Of a DNA stretch of 58,599 nt, positions 47,907 to 58,599 are shown piece after piece. Numbering within the stretch: position 1 is the stretch's first letter; every line of letters begins with the position of its first letter. The notes under the pieces are model-generated. The model was not told the origin of the DNA. It worked only from the letters and a program-made list of their open reading frames with translations, and did not search any database. The stretch lies in the sequence record SRR2962707_945; one strand, written 5' to 3'. The translations under genes were made by a program, and so were the position numbers.

Positions 47907-49043
47907 ATGGACAGGCTGCAACGCATCTTCTGGTTGGGCACGAAAGAGCTGCGGGCCGTGACATCGGATGTCGCCATGGTGGTGATGATCATCATTGCCT
48001 TCACGCTGATGGTCGTGATCGGCGGCGGAGAGCATAACGGCCCGGGCGGCGGCAGTGCCACCAATATGACCATCGCAATCGTAGACGAAGACAACTCGGC
48101 GCTAAGCCGCGGCATTGCCGACGGATTTCTGGAGCCGGATTTTTTGCCTCCGACTTACATCAGGGCCAACGAGATCGGGCCGGGCCTTGATGATGGGGCC
48201 TTTATGTTTGCGCTATCGCTGCCAGCAGGGTTTGAGGCTGATCTGCGCCACGGCCGGTTGGCCGAGCTTTTGCTGACCATCGACGCCACCCGCACCACTA
48301 TCGTCGCCGACGGGGCAACGATGATTTCGCTGGTGCTGCAAACCGAAGTGGCGCGGTTCCTCACCCGCACTGATTCAAGCGATGACCGCGGTGCCACCCT
48401 CGTCACCCGGGTCGCATTCAACCCGACCGGCGACGCGTCCTGGACCGGGCCGATCTCGTCGCTGCTGGACAACCTCTCGATGTTGACGATCCTGTTGACA
48501 GGGGCCGCGCTGATCCGCGAGCGCGAACGCGGCACGATTGAACATCTTATGGTTATGCCGGTCTCGTCGTTTGACATCGCGATGGCCAAGATCTGGGCCA
48601 ACGGGCTGATCCTCATCATTGCCTTCGTCATCTCGCTTACCTTTGTCGTTCAGGGTGCCATGGCAGTGCCACTTGCCGGATCAGTGCCACTGTTGCTGGT
48701 CGGCACTGCGCTGTTCATCTTCGCCACTGCCGCCATCGGTATCATGCTGGCCACGTTGGCCCGATCAATGGCGCAATTCGCGATGCTGTTCATGCTGACC
48801 TATCTGCCGATCATGCAGCTTTCCGGCGGCGTCAGCCCGGTCGAAAACCAGCCGGAAATCCTGCAATACATCACGTGGTTTCTGCCCTCACGTCATTACC
48901 TCGATTTCGCCAACTCTGTGCTGTTCCGGGCCGCTGGATTTGATGTGGTCTGGCCTCAGATCGTGACAATCGCGGGGCTCGGCACGATTTTCTTCTCGAT
49001 CAGCCTCAGCCTTTTCCGCCGTTCCATCGAAGCCAGCGGGTAA
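47907..49043 (+). CDS. ABC-2 type permease (YhhJ-like)
   Basis: 'LGTKELR', 'LTGAALIRERERGTIEHLMVMP', six TMs. ATG 47907. Confidence 0.9.
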   Translation: MDRLQRIFWLGTKELRAVTSDVAMVVMIIIAFTLMVVIGGGEHNGPGGGSATNMTIAIVDEDNSALSRGIADGFLEPDFLPPTYIRANEIGPGLDDGAFMFALSLPAGFEADLRHGRLAELLLTIDATRTTIVADGATMISLVLQTEVARFLTRTDSSDDRGATLVTRVAFNPTGDASWTGPISSLLDNLSMLTILLTGAALIRERERGTIEHLMVMPVSSFDIAMAKIWANGLILIIAFVISLTFVVQGAMAVPLAGSVPLLLVGTALFIFATAAIGIMLATLARSMAQFAMLFMLTYLPIMQLSGGVSPVENQPEILQYITWFLPSRHYLDFANSVLFRAAGFDVVWPQIVTIAGLGTIFFSISLSLFRRSIEASG

Positions 49044-49149
49044 GCGGTGGTTACTGCGTTTAACTATACGGGGGTGGTTCAGCGCGATTGAAGATATAGC
49101 GGAAAAACGATCAGATCCATCATGCTCTACGAAGCATTGATCGGCATAA

Positions 49150-49177
49150 ATATTACATAACATAGATTATATGCTTC
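49150..49177 (-). other. dif-like XerC/XerD recombination site
   Basis: Minus strand GAAGCATATAA-TCTATG-TTATGTAATAT has the 11-6-11 layout of dif (E. coli GGTGCGCATAA-TGTATA-TTATGTTAAAT); intergenic. Confidence 0.68.
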
Positions 49178-49424
49178 AAACTTTGGTACCCACCCGTACG
49201 ATCTATTCCCTCTACTCCGTATGATTGATTGTACCGATCACGGCTGAAGATGTGCGCTTCTGCTGCATCATTTGACTACCTGCGCCCAGCAGGCGTTCGA
49301 ACTGGGTTAAACTCCCTCGCGCTTAGAAAGCCCTTTTCATGAACAGATAAACCTTAACGAGAAGACCAAATTGTCCTATAAGGAATGGCCTCTTCACTCC
49401 TAATCACATCGAGAGAGACTTACT

Positions 49425-50087
49425 ATGCCGACACAAGAGCTCCGGGATAAAATCGAACGCTCTGCAATCCGCCGTGGCGGTGTGCACCATGCATTTAGCC
49501 AAAGCTGGGCTGATATTAAGGGTCACAGGCAGGTTGGGAAATTTGTCAACGACAAGGCTGTTGAGCTCAATGACTCGCTTTATGTGGGCGGGATGTGCCA
49601 CCCCATGTCAATGTATTGGCTCGCCCTAAGACAAAGAGGACAAAAGAGTTTTTTCGACTGGCTTAGACCCGATGGTGTTTGGGACAGCGGTGCGATCAAT
49701 GTTCTAGTGATAAAGACGGTCATGTATAAGAACGGCCGAAACCACATGGTACCGGATGAGGTTCATACGGATTTTGATGACCAGTTTTTCGCGCATTATA
49801 ATCTTAAGCGCTATGGTGCAAAGCTTCGCGGGCTTGATAACATGTTGACCTATCTCGACCGGCAAACAGTCGGCTATCACATGATGAGCCTGAGTAGGGA
49901 TGGAGGCGGACATGCCGTCGCTGCGCATGTAGCCCCAGGCGGAGAGAGCGGTTTTTTCGATCCGAATTTCGGCGATTATGTTTTCCCTACGCCGCAAAAA
50001 TTGGGCTCATTTGTAAGAAGGTTCATGCAAACCTCCGGCTATGCTGATAAATATGTGCGCGCGCAATCGGTCGATACGTTCCGATAA
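49425..50087 (+). CDS. YopT/AvrPphB-type (peptidase C58) cysteine protease
   Basis: 'GGMC58HPMSMYWL', 'GGH163AVA', 'FFD179PNFG' catalytic triad motifs. Confidence 0.83.
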   Translation: MPTQELRDKIERSAIRRGGVHHAFSQSWADIKGHRQVGKFVNDKAVELNDSLYVGGMCHPMSMYWLALRQRGQKSFFDWLRPDGVWDSGAINVLVIKTVMYKNGRNHMVPDEVHTDFDDQFFAHYNLKRYGAKLRGLDNMLTYLDRQTVGYHMMSLSRDGGGHAVAAHVAPGGESGFFDPNFGDYVFPTPQKLGSFVRRFMQTSGYADKYVRAQSVDTFR

Positions 50088-50129
50088 CGTTTGGCGCGTC
50101 AGCAAAAGGCCTTGGCCCCCGTGAGGTGA

Positions 50130-51041
50130 TTATTCGCCAGGCCCATCTTGATCGGATCGCGCGTCTTTCTTGAGCGCTTCAAAACCGATTATCACATCCA
50201 AAAGTTCTGTCGTAATCTCGCTTTGACGCAGGGCGCGCGTGTCGGATTTCAAGGCATCCAACCTATCGTCAACCGATTGCTCGGCTTGCTGCATGAGTGC
50301 AAGGCGCGCCGCGTTCTCTGTGACCAAGGCCTCTGCCGCGGCTCGGAAGAGGGACGCGAAAAGATGCCCGCGGATAAGGGATATGAACAGATCCTCGGGC
50401 GGCATCGAAAAGTGGGGTAAACTGCGCGAGACCCATCGCTTAGACTGCAGATCGCGCACCAAATCGGGATCAAGCGGCAGCAAGGCATCAATCCTGAGGG
50501 CCTGCATCCCTTGTTCGGACCGCGCGAAATAGGCAAGGGTTACAGATATATCGTGCGGACGACGGGCGCGGCGAATATCATCCAGCTTTTGCGTTAAAAG
50601 ATTGGCAAGCCGCCCAATACCGTCAACCGAGGCCGGTGGGAAAAACGTTTCCTCCACCGCAAGGTCAAGGTCACAAAGCGCCCCTTCCATCTGCGCCCCG
50701 ATGCACAACACCGTGGTTTCTGCGTCTGTGTCAGACTTAATATGGGTTCCAACATGTTCGGCCAGCGCCTCGTTATAGTTGCCACACAGCCCGTGATCAG
50801 ACCCGAAAACCACGATAACGCGGGCCGCAGCCCCCACCCCTGCGCCCTTAATCGGGCCCGATTGCGATAGCAAAGCATGCAACCCCGTCAGGACCGTTTC
50901 ATGATAGGCCTCGATCGCGCGGGCGGCCTGTTCATAAGGGGCCGAGTTGATCACCGATAGGGATTTCATCGTATGCACGACACCGCGAATGCCTTGCATG
51001 CTGGTGATCCGGCGTGACAGGCTTTCAAGCGATTGTGCCAT
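50130..51041 (-). CDS. atpG: N-ATPase gamma subunit
   Basis: 'VVHTMK', '[11 protein letters not shown]', 'ENAARL..M', 'RQSEITTEL'. Confidence 0.93.
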   Translation of the reverse strand: MAQSLESLSRRITSMQGIRGVVHTMKSLSVINSAPYEQAARAIEAYHETVLTGLHALLSQSGPIKGAGVGAAARVIVVFGSDHGLCGNYNEALAEHVGTHIKSDTDAETTVLCIGAQMEGALCDLDLAVEETFFPPASVDGIGRLANLLTQKLDDIRRARRPHDISVTLAYFARSEQGMQALRIDALLPLDPDLVRDLQSKRWVSRSLPHFSMPPEDLFISLIRGHLFASLFRAAAEALVTENAARLALMQQAEQSVDDRLDALKSDTRALRQSEITTELLDVIIGFEALKKDARSDQDGPGE

Positions 51042-52563
51042 CGGCGTCTTTCAAAGTAGCGCGCGCTTGATGTCCAAGCGTAATCATGCGGGCCCGGGCA
51101 GCGTCCTCAAAGGGTTCGTTTTGTGCAATCTGATCGGCAATATCGCCCAGATCACGAGCGGCCGCGATTCTTATGGCCCCCATAACGGCAAAGATATCCG
51201 CCTCGTTCAGGCCATCAAACTGACCATCCATCGCGGCGACCAAAACCGCCAGTTGTTCAACCGCCGGGATGGGGTCGCGTTCCGCTTGACGCAGCGATGC
51301 GCGCACCGCCGCACCACGGGTCAGTCGCGCACGGGTCGCGTCATCCAGCCTTGTGCCAAAGCGGGCAAAATCCTCAAGCTCTTCGAACTGCGACAAGGTC
51401 ACGCGCAGGTTGCCCGCAACAGAACGAAACGCACGGCTTTGCGCTTTGCCCCCTACCCGGCTTACCGACACCCCAAGGTCTACGGCGGGGAACTGGTTCT
51501 TGCGCACAAGGCGTGGCGACAGATAAATCTGCCCGTCTGTAATCGAAATCAGGTTGGTCGGGATATAGGCAGATAGGTTTTCGGCCTGCGTTTCGACCAC
51601 GGGCAAAACCGTAATGGAGCCACCGCCAATGGCATCGGTGAACTGCCCTGCACGTTCCAACAACCGGGCGTGAATATAGAAAATGTCGCCCGGAAATGCC
51701 TCGCGCCCCGGTGGGCGGCGCAGCAACAACGACAGTTCGCGATAGGACCGCGCGTGATGCGTTAAGTCATCCAAAACCACCAAAACATCATGGCCCTGCC
51801 CTGCAAAAAACTCTGCCATCGTCAGCGCCGCATAAGGGGCGATATAGGCCAAACCTGCTGCATCAGCGTCACCAGCGGCAAGGATGATCGTACGGTCCAT
51901 CATTTCACCATCGGTGATGGCACCAATCACCTTGGCCACCGCATCGCCGCGCTGGCCAATCGCGCAATAGATACAAATCACGTCGGTGCTTTTTTGGTTC
52001 AGGATCGCATCAACCGCCAATGACGTCTTGCCGGTTTGCCGGTCTCCGATCACCAATTGGCGCTGCCCAAGCCCGATCGGCACCGCCGCATCCACCGCTT
52101 TGATCCCTGTCGCCAGCGGTCGTGTGATCGCCTTTCGACTAAGGATCTCCGGCGCTTCGGCCTCTACCGGGCGGGAGGTTTCAGTTTTGATCACCCCCTT
52201 TGCGTCAGCGGGATTTCCGAGTGCGTCGACAACCCGACCCAGCAGCGCGTTGCCTACTTTCGTGCTGACAACGGTGTGGGTTCTGAAAACATTTTGCCCG
52301 ACGCCGACATTCTCGGAAGACCCCAAAAGCACGACACCCAACCGCCCGGGTTCCAGATCCAGCACGATGCCCTGCACGCCGCTTTCAAACTGCAGTAGTT
52401 CGTCGGACAACGCCCGCTCTAATCCGGTTACAATGGCGATACCGTCGGTAATTTCGGCAACCTGCCCGATCTCGCTCAGTCGGGGGCGGGGTGCCGGACA
52501 CTCCAACAGGGATTGCACCAACGCATCGGGGTTCGTGTCGATTTTATGGGCATCAAGACGCAT
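51025..52563 (-). CDS. atpA: N-ATPase alpha subunit
   Basis: 'GDRQTGKT', '[15 protein letters not shown]', '[13 protein letters not shown]', 'SVSRVGG'. Confidence 0.95.
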   Translation of the reverse strand: MRLDAHKIDTNPDALVQSLLECPAPRPRLSEIGQVAEITDGIAIVTGLERALSDELLQFESGVQGIVLDLEPGRLGVVLLGSSENVGVGQNVFRTHTVVSTKVGNALLGRVVDALGNPADAKGVIKTETSRPVEAEAPEILSRKAITRPLATGIKAVDAAVPIGLGQRQLVIGDRQTGKTSLAVDAILNQKSTDVICIYCAIGQRGDAVAKVIGAITDGEMMDRTIILAAGDADAAGLAYIAPYAALTMAEFFAGQGHDVLVVLDDLTHHARSYRELSLLLRRPPGREAFPGDIFYIHARLLERAGQFTDAIGGGSITVLPVVETQAENLSAYIPTNLISITDGQIYLSPRLVRKNQFPAVDLGVSVSRVGGKAQSRAFRSVAGNLRVTLSQFEELEDFARFGTRLDDATRARLTRGAAVRASLRQAERDPIPAVEQLAVLVAAMDGQFDGLNEADIFAVMGAIRIAAARDLGDIADQIAQNEPFEDAARARMITLGHQARATLKDADGTIA

Positions 52564-53323
52564 CAGTTGCCACCTTCGGCCCGGCGCTCGTGCTCAAGCG
52601 ATCCTCCATCAGGCTTTCAAGCCCCTCGATGTAGGAATCAAGTGTCCAAGCGATCTGTGCCCCACCCAAGCGGAACATAAGACCCGGCGCTTGGGCGCTG
52701 TCCGTTTTGAATGTGACGGTGGCATTGTGGAATAGCGCCAATATTTCAGCTTTCAGGATTTTCTGAACAGGTACTGGCAAGGCATCATGGCTTACCACGG
52801 TTGCTACGGTGGCGTCACCTGCGGCCTTTTTCAAATCCTCCACCATCGGTTTGATCTGCTGGACAAGATGCCGCGCCATGCGTTCCTCAAGGGTTTCGTC
52901 GGCCAGATCGGTCAACGCCTTGCGCGTCAAAGACAGCAGCGTTTCTGCCCCCACACGGTGCAGATGCGTGGTGAATTTGTGCGCCTCGTCACCCAAATGC
53001 GCCTGCCAGTTTTCGCGCTCGGCCTTCATCTGCTGGGCGGCCTCGGCCAGCAATGCGTCACGTTGATCTTCTGCCGATTTGCGGATCGTTTCGGATATTT
53101 CGGATTGTGAAAGGTTCAATGCGCGCAGTTTATCGTGATAGTCGGCCTCGACGGCTGCGGCCTTGTCCTTGGCCTCGACCGCTTCGTTCATCCGGTTCGA
53201 AATCTCGGCCTCGCGCGCGTCAATGCCGTCTAGGATAGGATGATACAAAAACCGTTTCAAAAGCCATACGAGCACCAGAAAATTGGCGATTTGCGCCAAG
53301 ACAGTGATCCAATCGATGGACAT
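52553..53323 (-). CDS. atpF: N-ATPase long b subunit (b/delta-like fusion)
   Basis: '[25 protein letters not shown]'; 256 aa with extended C-terminus; no separate atpH in the operon. Confidence 0.9.
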   Translation of the reverse strand: MSIDWITVLAQIANFLVLVWLLKRFLYHPILDGIDAREAEISNRMNEAVEAKDKAAAVEADYHDKLRALNLSQSEISETIRKSAEDQRDALLAEAAQQMKAERENWQAHLGDEAHKFTTHLHRVGAETLLSLTRKALTDLADETLEERMARHLVQQIKPMVEDLKKAAGDATVATVVSHDALPVPVQKILKAEILALFHNATVTFKTDSAQAPGLMFRLGGAQIAWTLDSYIEGLESLMEDRLSTSAGPKVATDAS

Positions 53324-53326
53324 GCC

Positions 53327-53614
53327 TTACCCCCCTGTAGATTGCGCAGCGGCCAGTGCTGCGATCCAGAACGGGTTCGCAAAAATCAAAATCATCGCGA
53401 CGACAAAGCAATAAATCGCCGTGGATTCGATCATCGCAAGGCTGACAAACAACGTGCGTGAAATGGTCGGTGCGGCATCGGGCTGCTGCGCAATCGCATT
53501 CAACGCGGTCGCGGCTGCACGCCCTTCGCCCAGGGCCGGGCCAATTGCCCCGAATGAAACGGTCAGCCCCGCTGTGAAAATCGAAATGGCGGCGATGATG
53601 GCAAGTTCAGTCAT
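53327..53614 (-). CDS. atpE: N-ATPase c subunit
   Basis: 'GPALGE30G', loop 'QQP', 'E63STAIY68'. Confidence 0.95.
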   Translation of the reverse strand: MTELAIIAAISIFTAGLTVSFGAIGPALGEGRAAATALNAIAQQPDAAPTISRTLFVSLAMIESTAIYCFVVAMILIFANPFWIAALAAAQSTGG

Positions 53615-54300
53615 GGTGTATCCTTTTGAGGCTGGGGTGTGGGTGCGGTGGCGCTGGAAATGTAGACGGTCGCCAAAATCGCAAAAATATAGGCCTGGAT
53701 CATGCCGGTCAGCAGCCCCAGAACATCCATCACCACTGGAAAGAAAAACGGGGCCACAGAAAGCAGGATTGCAGCGATTACCGCCCCGCTCATGATGTTG
53801 CCGTACAGACGTATCGCTAGCGATATACCGCGTGAAAATTCGGAAATGATATTGAACGGAAGCATGATGAACGACGGTTGAACATAGGTTTTAAGGTACC
53901 CGCCAATGCCGCGACTGGTGATGCCAAACAGCGGTACCGCAATCAAAACAGAGATGGCCAGCCCAGTGGTGGTCGAGAGTGACGACGTCGGAGGTTCAAA
54001 CCCCGGAACAACGAGCAAGAGGTTTGACGTCGCGACAAACAGGAAAAGCGTCCCAGCATAGTAAAGCAAATACCGCGAGGAGCCCCGCGCGACTTCGTTG
54101 ATCTGGCTTTGGATGCCCTGAACGACCACCTCGAGCGTGGTGCGCCACCGGTTCGGCGGCACGTCGGGGCGCAGATTACGCGTGATCAGCATCGACCCGA
54201 CGGTCAGCAATATCATCACGACCCACGTGTAAAAAATCGTCGCGTTAACCGGTAGGCCCCATGCCTCGAACATGATGGTTTGATCGGGTGACAGGTTCAT
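53611..54300 (-). CDS. atpB: N-ATPase a subunit
   Basis: 'PPTSSLSTT', 'SLAIRLYGN', 'IQAYIFAILA'. ATG 54300. Confidence 0.93.
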   Translation of the reverse strand: MNLSPDQTIMFEAWGLPVNATIFYTWVVMILLTVGSMLITRNLRPDVPPNRWRTTLEVVVQGIQSQINEVARGSSRYLLYYAGTLFLFVATSNLLLVVPGFEPPTSSLSTTTGLAISVLIAVPLFGITSRGIGGYLKTYVQPSFIMLPFNIISEFSRGISLAIRLYGNIMSGAVIAAILLSVAPFFFPVVMDVLGLLTGMIQAYIFAILATVYISSATAPTPQPQKDTP

Positions 54301-54596
54301 GATGCGCCCCTTGCAGGCAGGCCGATACGGGCAAATGTCGTGGCAATGATACGTGTCAAAAGAAACGCCAACGCATACCCAAGAAAGGCCCACGTCCCGC
54401 CCTGCCCCAGCACGACCCATCCAACCCCAAGCAAGGCCGCAATCCGGATCACGGCGCTGACCGTCAGCAATACGACCGGGCTTTCACGCCGCAATGCCTG
54501 CCGCATGCCAAAAGCCAGCCCGACAAAGAATAACGCGCTAAGGACAAACCCTGCGGCAGCACCCATCAGGAGCGCAGTCCAATCGATTGCAATCAT
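54297..54596 (-). CDS. atpR: N-ATPase accessory membrane subunit AtpR
   Basis: Three hydrophobic segments with intramembrane Arg residues; position between atpQ and atpB. Confidence 0.78.
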   Translation of the reverse strand: MIAIDWTALLMGAAAGFVLSALFFVGLAFGMRQALRRESPVVLLTVSAVIRIAALLGVGWVVLGQGGTWAFLGYALAFLLTRIIATTFARIGLPARGAS

Positions 54597-54876
54597 TTGT
54601 CATCCCTTTCTTTGTTGATCCATGACGCGGCAATAATTGCGCCCACCACCACGCCGCCCAAAATCAGCGCGAGGGTCCATGAGAACCCTTGTGGTGCGAC
54701 ACGGTCCAGCCAGAGACCCAGAAAAGCGCCGCCAACGGTGGGCACGACGATGGACCAACCGATCATGCCAAAGGTGCCAATGCCGCGCAGCGGGCTGGGG
54801 CCGGGGTTATCGCGTCTGGATTTCATCCGCTTGGCCTGACGGATTATGTCGCCGCTGGATTTATCTGGCTTTGGCG

Positions 54877-54880
<4 letters not shown>
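54593..54880 (-). CDS. atpQ: N-ATPase AtpQ (AtpZ/AtpI family)
   Basis: 'GMIGWSIVVPT..GAFLGLWLD'. Confidence 0.85.
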
Positions 54881-57598
<2,718 letters not shown>

Positions 57599-57599
57599 T

Positions 57600-58599
57600 T
57601 CAGGCCCCCAATGTGGCGACAAGAACCGCCTTGATCGTGTGCATCCGGTTTTCCGCTTGATCAAAAACGATGGAGGCTGCGCTTTCAAAAACCTCTTCGG
57701 TCACTTCCATGCAGTCCAACCCGAACTCGGCCTTGATCTCAGCACCAACGGTGGTTTCCGTGTTATGAAACGCAGGCAGGCAATGCATGAAACGGGCGCG
57801 CGGATTGCCGGTTTTGGCCATCACCTCAGCGGTCACCTGATAGGGCGATAGCAGCTTGATGCGTTCGGCCCATTTTTCCTTGGGCTCGCCCATGGACACC
57901 CAAACGTCAGTATAAACGAAATCAACGTCTTTGACGGCGGTATCCACATCTTCGGTGATCATCACGCGCGCGCCGGTTTCCTTGGCAATCGCCTCGGCTT
58001 CCTTGATGATTTCAGCGTCGGGCCAGCATGCTTTGGGCGCACACAGCCGGACATCCATGCCCATCTTGGCCCCGCCAATCAGCAGGCTGTCGCCCATATT
58101 ATTGCCCGCATCGCCCAAAAAGGCATAGGCCACGCGGTGCAGGGGTTTCTCCACATGTTCTTGCATGGTCAGAAAGTCAGCAAGGATTTGCGTCGGGTGA
58201 AATTCGGTGGTCAGCCCGTTATAGACAGGCACGCCCGAATACTGCGCCAACTGCTCAACAACGGTTTGGCCAAAGCCGCGATATTCGATCGCATCGTAGA
58301 TCCGGCCCAGAACCCGCGCGGTATCTTTGACAGATTCCTTGTGGCCGATATGCGAACCCGTGGGCCCAAGATACGTCACCCGCGCGCCCTGATCATAGGC
58401 CGCGACCTCAAAGCCGACGCGGGTCCGCGTGCTGTCTTTTTCAAAGATCAGCGCGATGTCCTTGCCTTGCAGCTTTGGTACTTCGGTGCCCGTGTATTTT
58501 GCCACCTTCAGATCGGCGGCAAGCTTTAGCAGGAACGCAATCTCGCGCGGGGAATAATCGCGAAGTGTCAGGAAATGCCGGTTCTTCAGATTGTAAGCC
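57600..58599 (-). CDS. arcB: Ornithine carbamoyltransferase, probably catabolic; start codon cut by the window edge
   Basis: Frame open to the edge ('[14 protein letters not shown]...'); 'FEKDSTRTR', 'HPTQ', 'HCLP', 'QAENRMH'; 1 bp from the arcC start. Confidence 0.93.
   Translation of the reverse strand, partial: AYNLKNRHFLTLRDYSPREIAFLLKLAADLKVAKYTGTEVPKLQGKDIALIFEKDSTRTRVGFEVAAYDQGARVTYLGPTGSHIGHKESVKDTARVLGRIYDAIEYRGFGQTVVEQLAQYSGVPVYNGLTTEFHPTQILADFLTMQEHVEKPLHRVAYAFLGDAGNNMGDSLLIGGAKMGMDVRLCAPKACWPDAEIIKEAEAIAKETGARVMITEDVDTAVKDVDFVYTDVWVSMGEPKEKWAERIKLLSPYQVTAEVMAKTGNPRARFMHCLPAFHNTETTVGAEIKAEFGLDCMEVTEEVFESAASIVFDQAENRMHTIKAVLVATLGA

Noticed and set aside
44145-49043. Type I secretion system exporting the adjacent protease
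   Set aside because: RbbA/ABC-2 architecture rather than HlyB-type, and the protease has no RTX repeats.
51986-52735. 249-aa plus-strand ORF
   Set aside because: Antisense to atpA/atpF with no independent coding signal.

Overview
Segment of an alphaproteobacterial extrachromosomal replicon, most likely a Rhodobacteraceae/Roseobacter-group plasmid or chromid (inferred from the parA-parB/DnaA-like replication module). Left to right: the end of a Wzc-type polysaccharide export pair; a glucosylglycerate synthesis/turnover trio; the replication module with palindromic parS-like sites and a likely origin; accessory genes (BLUF, AAA/DUF4143 ATPase, Hint protein, persulfide dioxygenase-like MBL, DUF1289, Dps with a perfect Irr/ICE box); a complete ~28 kb type VI secretion system with unusual accessories (sensor-MFS fusion, two solute-binding proteins, a miniature kinase, a second TssC, a TssM with a degenerate Walker A and a fused peptidoglycan-binding domain); an FNR-boxed HlyD-RbbA-YhhJ ABC operon; a dif-like Xer site; an orphan YopT/C58 cysteine protease; and a nine-gene N-ATPase operon whose first gene overlaps the stop codon of carbamate kinase of an arcB-arcC (arginine deiminase pathway) operon running off the right edge. 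No rRNA, tRNA, CRISPR array or IS transposase was recognised. All calls are by eye from motifs and synteny; no database search was run.
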